Position numbers and translations under genes: made by a program | Assembly: GCF_039968395.1 (NCBI RefSeq) | Contig: NZ_JBDVPV010000001.1 | Coordinates: forward strand, 522,327 to 586,326 | Direction of reading: 5' to 3' | DNA: 64,000 nt | Origin: Parasphingorhabdus sp. | GTDB lineage: Bacteria; Pseudomonadota; Alphaproteobacteria; Sphingomonadales; Sphingomonadaceae | Part shown: piece by piece, positions 17,971 to 26,967 of the stretch | How the letters are laid out: every line of letters starts with the position of its first letter | How positions within the stretch are numbered: the first letter of the stretch is position 1 | Notes under the pieces: model-generated | Databases searched by the model: none | The model's input: the letters and a program-made list of their open reading frames with translations, nothing else | Told to the model about the DNA's origin: nothing

Positions 17971-18597
17971 TTGACTAACAGCATCGCGAAAGCGCCCTTG
18001 ATAGGACGAATCAAACTCAGATTGCAGCGACTTTTCGGTGCATGGGGCGTGTTCTTCAAGGGCTTCGTCAAGCATCCCGTGATGGTCGGTTCGATAATTC
18101 CGTCATCCGCGATTACTGTCACCAAAATGCTTGAGCCGGTGAAGTGGGACGAATGTGACGTTTTCGTCGAATATGGCCCGGGTGTCGGAACCTTTTGTCG
18201 TCCGGTTCTGGAACGGATGAAACCCGATGCCACTCTGATCGTTATCGATCTTAACCCCGATTTCATCGACTATCTCGGCAAGACAATCGGCGATAGCCGG
18301 TTTTTTCCGATACATGGTTCGGCCGCCGATGTGCAGCAGATTATTGCCGATCTGGGGCATGAGAAAGCAGATTACATATTGTCGGGCCTGCCCTTCTCTA
18401 CCCTGCCTGACCAGCTGGGACCAAAAATCGCCCTGGAGACCTATGCTGCCATCCGTCCCGGCGGTGCTTTCCTGGTATACCAGTTTGTCAAAAAGGCACG
18501 CCAATTCATGGCTCCCCACTTTGATCATATCGATAGCGGCTATTCGATCTGGAATATCTTGCCCTGTCACCTGTTCTGGGGCTGGAAGACAAAGTAG
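17971..18597 (+). CDS. Class I SAM-dependent methyltransferase (phospholipid N-methyltransferase-like, COG3963 type)
   Basis: The TTG start has a GGAGGA RBS 5 nt upstream. The motif GSIIPSS....M....V.EYGPGVGTF is characteristic. Confidence 0.7.
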   Translation: MTNSIAKAPLIGRIKLRLQRLFGAWGVFFKGFVKHPVMVGSIIPSSAITVTKMLEPVKWDECDVFVEYGPGVGTFCRPVLERMKPDATLIVIDLNPDFIDYLGKTIGDSRFFPIHGSAADVQQIIADLGHEKADYILSGLPFSTLPDQLGPKIALETYAAIRPGGAFLVYQFVKKARQFMAPHFDHIDSGYSIWNILPCHLFWGWKTK

Positions 18598-18724
18598 TCA
18601 TTTCTGAATCGCCACCGTTCGTCGACGATTATCGTATGTTTGTCGAAGATGAGATCAGGCAAGGCGCCATTCACGGTCAGAAAGATCGCAAATATATTGT
18701 TGAGACCAATTTGAGAGGAATATC

Positions 18725-21655
18725 ATGATGCAACGTTTTTCAGGTTCTCCTGTTTCCCGAACCCTGGGCTATGCTCTTGCTGCCGTAACGTTGACAGTTT
18801 CGGTCCCCGCTTGGGCTGATGATCACGCGGCATCCAAACCTGCACCGGTTAGCGAACTGGTGAACGCCGTCGACATTCCTTATGAAGAATTTACGCTTGA
18901 TAATGGTTTGAAGGTTCTGGTTCATACAGACCGCAAAGCACCGATTGTGGCCGTATCCATCTGGTATGGGGTCGGTTCTGCGCACGAACCGAAAGGCAAG
19001 ACCGGATATGCCCATCTTTTTGAGCATATCATGTTCAACGGATCGGAAAACGCACCGGGTGATTTCTTCGGTCCGCTCCGTCAGATCGGTGCCACGGATC
19101 TGAACGGGACGACATGGCTGGATCGCACCAATTATTTTCAGACTGTTCCGAAATCCGCACTGGAAGTTGCCCTGTTTCTGGAAAGCGACCGCATGGGTTA
19201 TTTGCTGGGCGCCGTGACGCAGGAGAAGCTGGATAACCAGATTGGCGTGGTGTCAAACGAGAAACGTCAGGGCGACAATCGCCCTTACGGACTTGTTGGC
19301 TACCGCCAGACAGAATTGCTGGTCCCCGATGACAGTCACCCTTATGGCCATGACACAATTGGTTCGCTGGAAGATCTTGAAGCCGCTTCGCTGGATGATA
19401 TGAAAACATGGTTCAAGGATCATTACGGACCCAATAACGCGATACTTGTGCTGGCTGGCGATATTGATGCCAAGGCAGCCAAACCGCTCGTTGCGAAGTG
19501 GTTCGGTGCCATCCCGAAAGGTAAACCCATCCCGACGCTCAATCCGGAGCTGCCAACCCTGGATGCTCCCGTCTATGAAGTAATGAAGGACAAAGTTGCG
19601 ACAACGCGCATCTATCGCAACTGGATGGTGCCAGGTTTGAACGACCCCGATTATACGCCGCTTGATGTCGGGATGACGGTCCTGGGCGGTCTCGCGAGTT
19701 CGCGTCTTGACAATATCATGGTGCGTGAAGAGAAAAATGCAGTTGCTGTATCTGCCTGGGTCCTGCCATTTGTGCATGGCAGCATGGTCAATATTCAGGC
19801 TGACGTGAAACCGGGCGAAGATGCGGATGCGGTTGCAAAGCGTCTGGATGAAATCATTGCAGATTTTATTGCCAACGGCCCGACGGCTGATGAAGTGCAG
19901 CGGGTTGCAACCCGTGATGCCGCTGCCCGGATTGCCGGCCTCGAACAGGTTGGCGGATTTTCCGGTAAAGCCGTTGCGCTGGCCGAAGGTGAACTTTATT
20001 CGGATGACCCCGAACATTATAAAAAAGAACTGGCTCGTCTCGCGTCGACAACCCCGGAGGCAGTCACAGCAGCTATGCAAAAATGGCTGACACGTCCGGT
20101 GGTTGGCATTCGTGTCGTGCCGGGAGAACGGGAAGCTTATGAAGAAGTCGCGGCAGGAGAGGGCGCGCGGACCGGCTCGCTGACGTCGCCCGCATTCTTC
20201 ATGCAGGGCGATCAGCCGCCAACAGCATCCCTGCCTGACCGGTCAAAGCTTCCCGATGTCGGTGAAGTGCCGAATGTGGATTTCCCTGATGTCGAGACCG
20301 CGACATTGTCCAACGGTGTCAAAGTTTATTTCGCGCAGCGTGACGCAGTGCCGATGACACGGGTTTCGCTGTCTTTTGATGCTGGAGCAACTGCAGATCC
20401 GGCTGATAAACCGGGCCTTCAGAATTTTGTCACTTCCATGCTGGAAGAAGGCACGACAAGTCTGAACTCGGTACAGATTGCAGAACAACAGGAACGACTG
20501 GGTGCGAATATCTCTGTTGGCGGAGGTCGTGACCGGACAAGTATCAGCTTGAGAGCGGTGAATCCCAATCTCGATTCCTCGCTGGATCTTCTGGCAGATA
20601 TCGCCAAAAACCCAGCTTTTGGTGCCGCTGAAACGGAACGCATCAGAGTTCAGCAGTTGACGGCAATCGACCGCGAAGAGAGCAATCCGCGGAGTATTGC
20701 TACCAATGCTCTGCCACCGCTGCTTTTTGGAAAACAGCATCCCTATGGGCGCGGGTTGTCAGGCAATGGCACAAAAGAATCTGTCGCCTCGATTACGCGC
20801 GAGGATCTTGTGTCATTCCACGACAACTGGCTTCATTCTGGCAATGCGACGATTTTCGCGGTTGGCAATATTGAACGAGATGCATTGATCGAAAAACTTG
20901 AAATGCGGTTTGGCCAGTGGGACGCCGCGACAGCGATGCCAGTCAAGAACTTCGACGCCGAGATTCCGCCATCGCAAGGCCGGATCGTGGTTATCCACCG
21001 CGCTAACTCGCCGCAATCGATGATCCTGGCCGGACAGGTGACACCGTCCAAAGGGTCTGATGATCTGCTGAAACTCAACGCCGCCAACGAGATTCTCGGC
21101 GGCAGTTTCCTGTCGCGGATCAACATGGATCTTCGGGAAACGAAAGGGTGGAGCTATGGCACCCGCAATTCCGTATTGAGAGGTGTGGACCGGGTGCCAT
21201 ATATCATGAGGGCTCCTGTTCAGACCAACCAGACAGGCCCGGCGGTTGCGGCAATGATGGAGCAGGTGAAAAGCTTTCTCGGAACCAATGGCGTTACGCC
21301 GGAGGAACTGGAACGAACCGTGAATGGCAATGTGCGTCAGCTTCCCGGTCAGTTTGAACGATCCACACGCGTGCTCGGGCAAATGCAGAACGACGTGATG
21401 TTTGGTCGTCCGTCCAACTATGCAGAGACTGTCGCCGAACGCTACAAGACGTTGACCGCTGACGAACTGAACAAGGCGATGGCGGATGCCATTGATCCTG
21501 ACAAGTTTACCTGGGTGATTGTGGGCGATGCCGACAAGATCAAACCGCAGCTGGATGCTCTGGGACTGCCGATCGAATATCGCGGCTATGAAGCTAGTAA
21601 CACTGATGTTAGTAGTATTGACAGTTCAGATGATTCGGATTCAACACGCGGTTGA
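18725..21655 (+). CDS. M16 (pitrilysin/insulinase) family zinc peptidase, two-unit, secreted
   Basis: The 976-aa product has a signal peptide, an HxxEH motif (HLFEHIMF) and duplicated M16 and M16_C halves. Confidence 0.9.
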   Translation: MMQRFSGSPVSRTLGYALAAVTLTVSVPAWADDHAASKPAPVSELVNAVDIPYEEFTLDNGLKVLVHTDRKAPIVAVSIWYGVGSAHEPKGKTGYAHLFEHIMFNGSENAPGDFFGPLRQIGATDLNGTTWLDRTNYFQTVPKSALEVALFLESDRMGYLLGAVTQEKLDNQIGVVSNEKRQGDNRPYGLVGYRQTELLVPDDSHPYGHDTIGSLEDLEAASLDDMKTWFKDHYGPNNAILVLAGDIDAKAAKPLVAKWFGAIPKGKPIPTLNPELPTLDAPVYEVMKDKVATTRIYRNWMVPGLNDPDYTPLDVGMTVLGGLASSRLDNIMVREEKNAVAVSAWVLPFVHGSMVNIQADVKPGEDADAVAKRLDEIIADFIANGPTADEVQRVATRDAAARIAGLEQVGGFSGKAVALAEGELYSDDPEHYKKELARLASTTPEAVTAAMQKWLTRPVVGIRVVPGEREAYEEVAAGEGARTGSLTSPAFFMQGDQPPTASLPDRSKLPDVGEVPNVDFPDVETATLSNGVKVYFAQRDAVPMTRVSLSFDAGATADPADKPGLQNFVTSMLEEGTTSLNSVQIAEQQERLGANISVGGGRDRTSISLRAVNPNLDSSLDLLADIAKNPAFGAAETERIRVQQLTAIDREESNPRSIATNALPPLLFGKQHPYGRGLSGNGTKESVASITREDLVSFHDNWLHSGNATIFAVGNIERDALIEKLEMRFGQWDAATAMPVKNFDAEIPPSQGRIVVIHRANSPQSMILAGQVTPSKGSDDLLKLNAANEILGGSFLSRINMDLRETKGWSYGTRNSVLRGVDRVPYIMRAPVQTNQTGPAVAAMMEQVKSFLGTNGVTPEELERTVNGNVRQLPGQFERSTRVLGQMQNDVMFGRPSNYAETVAERYKTLTADELNKAMADAIDPDKFTWVIVGDADKIKPQLDALGLPIEYRGYEASNTDVSSIDSSDDSDSTRG

Positions 21656-21692
21656 ACCTGCGGATCAGAGCTAAGTTAAAAGGAGAAAAAAC

Positions 21693-21992
21693 ATGTCAGT
21701 AGCAGGCGTATATGATTGCGTAACCAAATCCCCTATGGGTGACCAGGCTTCGGTTTTGACACTGGAAGTAGATGGCGACACCGTAACCGGAACCAATGCG
21801 GGTGCGCAGGGTTCACTGGAAGTGGAAGATGGCAAAGCGGATGGCAATAGCGCGACGTGGACCATGAACATGACCGTTCCCATGCCGATGAAACTCACGG
21901 CCAACGTAACCGTAGACGGTGATGCGCTGACGGGCAGCATCAATGCCGGTGCATTCGGTGATATGGCGATTTCAGGCACCCGTCAGGGCTAA
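21693..21992 (+). CDS. Hypothetical small protein, 99 aa, with an internal VDGDxxTG..NAGA repeat
   Basis: An AAAGGAGAAAA RBS precedes it and a terminator follows. I recognise no family. Confidence 0.6.
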   Translation: MSVAGVYDCVTKSPMGDQASVLTLEVDGDTVTGTNAGAQGSLEVEDGKADGNSATWTMNMTVPMPMKLTANVTVDGDALTGSINAGAFGDMAISGTRQG

Positions 21993-22007
21993 GTCTGGGA
22001 CCGAAAA

Positions 22008-22049
22008 ACAAAAAAAGGCCGCTGTCCAGTCCGGATGGCGGCCTTTTTT
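22008..22049. terminator. Bidirectional Rho-independent terminator between convergent genes
   Basis: The sequence AAAAAAAGGCCGC...GCGGCCTTTTTT has an A-tract and a T-tract flanking a GC-rich stem. Confidence 0.7.
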
Positions 22050-22066
22050 ATGGATCAGTTCATCCG

Positions 22067-22576
22067 CTAGCGAATAACAACACTCACCGCCCGGCGGTTC
22101 TGTGCCCATGCGGACTCATCGGAGCCGAGCGCTTCGGGCCGTTCCTTGCCGTAACTCACCGTCGTCATGCGGGATGGGCTGACGCCCAGTGATGCGAGAT
22201 AGTTTTTCGCCGCATTGGCCCGGCGCTCACCCAGCGCAAGGTTATAGTCCCTGGTGCCGCGTTCATCGGCGTGACCTTCGATTGTGATTCGCGACTGCGG
22301 GTTCTGGGCCAGCCACTGGGCCTGGCTCTGCAGAATGATCTGATCTTGCGAATCCACGTTGAAGCGGTCGGTATCAAACAGGATGCGATCAGACATTGTG
22401 TTCGCGAGGAAATCGCCTTGTGAGCCAGGAGCATATCCCGGGCCCGGATCAGGCGGCGCGGTGGTTACCGGTGCCGTTCCAATCGGAGCTGGCGGCAATT
22501 CTTCCGGTGCTTTTTTAGCACAACCTGCAACAATCAAGCTGGAGGTAATCAGGAGGGGTGTTGTATATTTCCACAT
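22067..22576 (-). CDS. pal: Peptidoglycan-associated lipoprotein Pal
   Basis: The N-terminus has a lipobox (IVAGC). The OmpA_C domain is recognisable ([24 protein letters not shown]). An AGGAG RBS lies upstream, and the gene sits downstream of tolB. Confidence 0.9.
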   Translation of the reverse strand: MWKYTTPLLITSSLIVAGCAKKAPEELPPAPIGTAPVTTAPPDPGPGYAPGSQGDFLANTMSDRILFDTDRFNVDSQDQIILQSQAQWLAQNPQSRITIEGHADERGTRDYNLALGERRANAAKNYLASLGVSPSRMTTVSYGKERPEALGSDESAWAQNRRAVSVVIR

Positions 22577-22665
22577 TTTTTCTACTCCTAGTCTAGTCTG
22601 CCCTTGTGGCACTTATAACCTGTTTTCAGTTACTTGTCGCATAATAGTTACACGGCTTCCCGCTT

Positions 22666-24015
22666 TTATGGCAGCAATGGTCCCCATGAGGGGTCGGAAC
22701 CGTTGACCGGCGTCGGCAACTGACGCTCGTTTCTCCCGGTAAGATCGACCTGCCAGATACCGGTCCGGCCATTGCCGCGGGTTGTTCGGAAATACTGGAT
22801 GACGCGTCCATTGGGAGCCCAGGTCGGGGCTTCGTCCTGCCAGCTGTTGGTAAGCAATCTTTCGCCGCCACCGCTCGGCGTCATGACGCCAATGCGGAAA
22901 TTCCCAGAAGTTCGGGTAAAGGCGATGAGATCTCCGCGCGGACTCCATTCCGGCGTCGCATAGCGGCCGCCGCCAAAACTGATCCGGCGTGCATTGCCAC
23001 CGCCCGCGCTCATCACATAAAGTTGCTGGCTGCCAGAGCGGTCACTTTCGAAAACGATCCGGCCACCATCCGGTGAAAAGCTGCCCCCGATATCGATGCC
23101 TGGAGAAAAAGTCAGGCGCTGCGGCTGACCGCCTCCGGAGGAGACTTTATAGATATCCGTATTGCCCGCAATCGCCATGGAATAGAGAATCCATTTGCCA
23201 TCCGGTGACCAGCGCGGGGCAAAAGTGGGATTGGTGCTCTGGGTAATCAGCCGCTGCCGCCCGGTTCCGATATCGTAGATGTAAATACGCGGATTGCCAT
23301 CGAGAAAGCTGAGATAGACGATGCTCTTATAGTCAGGCGAGAAACGCGGCGTCAGAGCAGTTGCCTGACCATTGGTGATGAACCGGTGATTGGCGCCATC
23401 ACTGTCCATGATCGCAAGCCTTTTGCGCCGATTATCCTTCGGCCCGGTTTCGGCAATATAGGCGATCCGGCTGTCAAAAAATGGCGATTCACCGCTGAGC
23501 CGTGAATAGATAACATCGGCGCATTTATGGGCCGCCCGGCGCCAGTCGCGGGGCTCTACAACAAAACCCTGCCGAGTCAGTTCGGATTCCAGTGCAACAT
23601 CATATAGATAACAGCCGACGGTCAATTTGCCATCCGGGTTGGTGCGGACAAAACCCTGGATCAGGGCCGCAGCGCCGGTACCGCTCCAGTAAGGGAATTG
23701 CGGTGCGGTGACTTCAATGAAACTGATACCGCGTACCTGATTGCGTCCCTTGGGCTGGAACAGTCCGCTTGAACGCAGATCGGTCACGATGACATCACTG
23801 ATTTTTCCGCCAAGATCAGCGGTGCTTCCGGCAGGTGTGTTCGTGTCCTGCGGTGTTGGAAGGCCTGGCACGGCGATGATCAATTGATTGTCGCCATCGG
23901 CTGTTACAGTCCCGGTCAACTGAGCTAATGCTGGTGTGGTTGAAAAAATGAACGCAACAAGTGCAAGACTTTTCATGATCAGGTTAGTGCTGAAGGTCAC
24001 GACAATGTTGTTCAT
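22666..24015 (-). CDS. tolB: Tol-Pal system beta-propeller protein TolB
   Basis: The product has a TolB N-domain and WD40-like PD40 repeats (SPDG...). I prefer the start MNNIVV just after the tolA stop, with 23976 as an alternative. Confidence 0.9.
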   Translation of the reverse strand: MNNIVVTFSTNLIMKSLALVAFIFSTTPALAQLTGTVTADGDNQLIIAVPGLPTPQDTNTPAGSTADLGGKISDVIVTDLRSSGLFQPKGRNQVRGISFIEVTAPQFPYWSGTGAAALIQGFVRTNPDGKLTVGCYLYDVALESELTRQGFVVEPRDWRRAAHKCADVIYSRLSGESPFFDSRIAYIAETGPKDNRRKRLAIMDSDGANHRFITNGQATALTPRFSPDYKSIVYLSFLDGNPRIYIYDIGTGRQRLITQSTNPTFAPRWSPDGKWILYSMAIAGNTDIYKVSSGGGQPQRLTFSPGIDIGGSFSPDGGRIVFESDRSGSQQLYVMSAGGGNARRISFGGGRYATPEWSPRGDLIAFTRTSGNFRIGVMTPSGGGERLLTNSWQDEAPTWAPNGRVIQYFRTTRGNGRTGIWQVDLTGRNERQLPTPVNGSDPSWGPLLP

Positions 24016-24028
24016 ATTCTTCAATCCT

Positions 24029-24799
24029 TTAGCGCGATAGGCTCTTGTCGAAATCATATCTAATTGACTTCCATTCTGCATAAAATTTTTCGGGAAGCCT
24101 GAAAGGGGCAGCGCGGCGTATCGCTGCTACTGCTCTTTCCGCATGAAGCGCAACTTGTGGCCGGTTACTGGGTGTTGCACCCGAGGTACGGATGACGTTT
24201 GGAGGTCCCGACAAACTTCCATCCGGGTTTAAGTTAAAAATTATGGTAGTCCGGAGAAGCTCTGCATCCGCACCTGAAGGCGCAAGTCGTTGCCAATGCG
24301 GTTTGAGTTGTCGCGTCACTTCTCGATTCAGTGAGGCCACAGCAGCCGGAGAAGCCTTTTCAGCGGCAATGTTTTGATTACGGCTCGTCGAAGGGGCGTC
24401 TGTCACACCTTTGAGGAAATCCTTGCCTAATCTCGATCCCTTTGGCTTTTCTTTCGGTTTGGGCGTTGGTTTGGGCGGTGCCTTCGGTTTCGCTGCAGGT
24501 TTTTCGCGGGGCGGTGTTGGTTTTACATCCGGAAGTTCCGGCAACGGCGCCACATCGGGTTCTACGAGCTCCGCTGGATCGGGTGTGCCCAGTTCCGGTG
24601 CGACACTGGTTGCTGGCGGTACGAGAGAAGGATTGGGTGCAGAACTTTCCAGCCCAACCTCATCGGCAATCATCACTTCGATCGGTTTGGGTTTGAAGCT
24701 GTCATCGGTGCCGCCGAAAAAGCTGAACGACAACACTCCGAACAGGGCAATATGCCCTGCAGCCGCTACTCCCAAGCCAATTTTCTCAGCACGTTCCAT
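24029..24799 (-). CDS. tolA: Cell envelope integrity protein TolA (short form)
   Basis: The product has an N-terminal TM segment, a Pro/Lys/Ala-rich linker (PKPTPKPKEKPK) and a C-terminal TolA/TonB-like domain. It lies between tolR and tolB. Confidence 0.75.
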   Translation of the reverse strand: MERAEKIGLGVAAAGHIALFGVLSFSFFGGTDDSFKPKPIEVMIADEVGLESSAPNPSLVPPATSVAPELGTPDPAELVEPDVAPLPELPDVKPTPPREKPAAKPKAPPKPTPKPKEKPKGSRLGKDFLKGVTDAPSTSRNQNIAAEKASPAAVASLNREVTRQLKPHWQRLAPSGADAELLRTTIIFNLNPDGSLSGPPNVIRTSGATPSNRPQVALHAERAVAAIRRAAPFRLPEKFYAEWKSIRYDFDKSLSR

Positions 24800-24814
24800 A
24801 TCAGCGAACCATTT

Positions 24815-25273
24815 CTATGGCGTCTCGGATGAACCGCTGGTGACTGGACCGGTGACCAGGGACAGGCGGTTCAAACCTACCCGGTTCAACTCACCCATCA
24901 CTCCCATCACCAGCCCATATTGCAATGTCGTATCGCCGCGCAGCATAATTTGTCTCGGATTCTGAGGGTCTTGAGCTCCTGCAATATCACTCAGACGTAT
25001 GACGAGGTCGTTTCGGCTCAATTCTTCATCGTCCAGAAAAATCCGTCCATTCTCGTCAATCGAGATTTGCACGGGTTCCTGGTCCTGTTCCAGCGCATTG
25101 GCCCTGCTTTCCGGCAGATTGACCGGTACACCGGCAACCAGCAACGGTGCGGTGACCATGAAGATGATCAGCAGGACCAGCATCACATCTACAAAAGGTG
25201 TGACGTTGATTTCGGCCATGGGCGGCCGTCCTCTGCCGCGCCGGCCGCCGCGGGACGAGATATTCATCGCCAC
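24815..25273 (-). CDS. tolR: Biopolymer transport protein TolR (ExbD/TolR family)
   Basis: The conserved EINVTPFVDVMLVLLIIFMV motif is present. The GTG start at 25273 overlaps the tolQ stop by 1 nt; ATG 25267 is an alternative. Confidence 0.9.
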   Translation of the reverse strand: MAMNISSRGGRRGRGRPPMAEINVTPFVDVMLVLLIIFMVTAPLLVAGVPVNLPESRANALEQDQEPVQISIDENGRIFLDDEELSRNDLVIRLSDIAGAQDPQNPRQIMLRGDTTLQYGLVMGVMGELNRVGLNRLSLVTGPVTSGSSETP

Positions 25274-25974
25274 TAGCCTCTCCCCAGTTCGAGTTCGCGA
25301 CTGAGACTGGCATGGAGGCCATCGGCAAATCGGCCCATACGCGCTTCCAGTTTATTCAGCCGGTGCGAGAAGCGGTTGTAGGCAATGACTGCGGGGATGG
25401 CAGCGAACAGCCCGATTGCCGTTGCAAAAAGCGCTTCGGCAATACCGGGCGCGACGACGGCGAGTGAACTGTTCTGTTCCGCCGCAATCGCGGAAAAACT
25501 GCGCATGATGCCCCATACCGTGCCGAACAACCCGACAAAAGGCGCGACGCTGCCGACGGTGGCGAGAAAATTCAGTCGATCGGCCATCCTGTCGATTTCT
25601 CTGGTGATCGTAGCGTTCATCGCGGTCGCGAGACGCTCTCTTGTCCCTTCGCGATCCACCGGGCCGGCGGATGTAGATCGGCGCCATTCCTTGATACCGG
25701 CGGTAAAAACTTTCGCGACCGGCAGAATGGATTTGCGATATTTGTCAAAAAACCGGTCGACATCCTGCGTGCTGGAATAGGCAGATTCGAACTTCTCTGT
25801 TCTCGCCTGAACTCTGCTGATTTTCAGCGCGAAACTGACGATGATCGTCCATGTCCAGATACTGGCGAGCAGCAAGCCGACCATGACAAGCTTCACGACA
25901 ATATCCGCCTGCAAGAACAGGGCAAATGGAGAAAATCCACTGGATACAGCATCAACGGATAGGGTTTCTAGCAA
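25273..25974 (-). CDS. tolQ: Tol-Pal system protein TolQ (MotA/TolQ/ExbB family)
   Basis: The 233-aa product has 3 TM segments and the conserved motif GLFGTVWGIM. Confidence 0.9.
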   Translation of the reverse strand: MLETLSVDAVSSGFSPFALFLQADIVVKLVMVGLLLASIWTWTIIVSFALKISRVQARTEKFESAYSSTQDVDRFFDKYRKSILPVAKVFTAGIKEWRRSTSAGPVDREGTRERLATAMNATITREIDRMADRLNFLATVGSVAPFVGLFGTVWGIMRSFSAIAAEQNSSLAVVAPGIAEALFATAIGLFAAIPAVIAYNRFSHRLNKLEARMGRFADGLHASLSRELELGRG

Positions 25975-25992
25975 AGCAAAATCCTTTTGGGT

Positions 25993-26460
25993 TTATTGCG
26001 GGACCATGACGCTGGCGAACGCTTTTGTCCATGCTTCAGGCTGGCGTCGCGGACGTCCCGAAGGTGCAAGGAAAGCGGCCTGCACCATTGCAGATGCGAT
26101 TTCTTCATTTTCCCGGAAGATTGTCTGTTTGATGATAACACTGGCTGCGCGCAGTTTTTCAACACTGCTCACGATGACGAGATCATTGTCCAGTTTGGCT
26201 GGCCGCACATATTTGATCGAAAGATCGGCGACAGCATAGACCCCTTCGCCCGAATCATATGCCGCAGCCTGGTCCATATCCAGCCCCCGCAGCATGTCCG
26301 ATCGCGCCCGTTCCATGTAGCGCAGGTAATTGGCATGATAGACAATACCTGAAAAATCCGTGTCTTCGAAATAGACCCGGCAGGCGAAATAGTGCTTTCC
26401 GTCCACAAACCGGCCGTCATGGGGTTTGACGTCGTCTGGAACCTTTTCAGAAACGTTCAT
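25993..26460 (-). CDS. ybgC: Tol-Pal-associated acyl-CoA thioesterase YbgC (hotdog fold)
   Basis: The 4HBT-type motif VYFEDTDFSGIVYHANYLRYMERAR is present, and the gene lies immediately upstream of tolQ. Confidence 0.85.
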   Translation of the reverse strand: MNVSEKVPDDVKPHDGRFVDGKHYFACRVYFEDTDFSGIVYHANYLRYMERARSDMLRGLDMDQAAAYDSGEGVYAVADLSIKYVRPAKLDNDLVIVSSVEKLRAASVIIKQTIFRENEEIASAMVQAAFLAPSGRPRRQPEAWTKAFASVMVPQ

Positions 26461-26613
26461 GGTGCAGACATTAGGCTGCTGGATTCACGGACGAAAGGGG
26501 GAATTTTCCGAGGCCATGCAACTGGACCCGATTTTGAGTCCGTTGGGCGGCATATCAGTGCTGTAAAACGGGATTGCTGGCCCGGCCCGTTGCCTCATTG
26601 TCCAGCATTATTT

Positions 26614-26961
26614 CTAGCGCGCGCATCCTACGCAAAGATGAGCCGCGGGGTCTATTAACAGGCGTGCGTGCGCCACGGGTTCGCCGCATTCTGCACACCA
26701 GCCATAATCGTCGCTTTCCATCCGCTTGAGCGCATTGTCGATCCGGGCAAGATCGCTGATTCGCCGCCGCGCTTCAGCCTGGGCCATTTCCTGTTGCTGC
26801 ATGGCATCCATGCGCGACAATCGGCCGACGCTCTGCTGGTCAAGTTCGACGGTGCTGCGCCAGCCTTCGGCTTCGGCATCGAGTGCTTTGAGTTCCGATT
26901 GACGGGCGATCAGCATGGCCTTCAATTCTTCGACCTGACTGGCTGAAAGCTCGTCTGCCAT
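26614..26961 (-). CDS. TraR/DksA family C4-type zinc-finger protein
   Basis: The product has a coiled-coil N-terminal region and a C-terminal CAECGEPV....CVGC zinc finger. Confidence 0.8.
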   Translation of the reverse strand: MADELSASQVEELKAMLIARQSELKALDAEAEGWRSTVELDQQSVGRLSRMDAMQQQEMAQAEARRRISDLARIDNALKRMESDDYGWCAECGEPVAHARLLIDPAAHLCVGCAR

Positions 26962-26967
26962 ATGGGA

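Noticed and set aside
18638-18730. A 30-codon upstream ORF (MFVEDEIRQGAIHGQKDRKYIVETNLRGIS) whose stop overlaps the M16 peptidase start (ATGA).
   Set aside because: It has no RBS and no recognisable peptide family. ORFs of this length are common by chance at this GC content.
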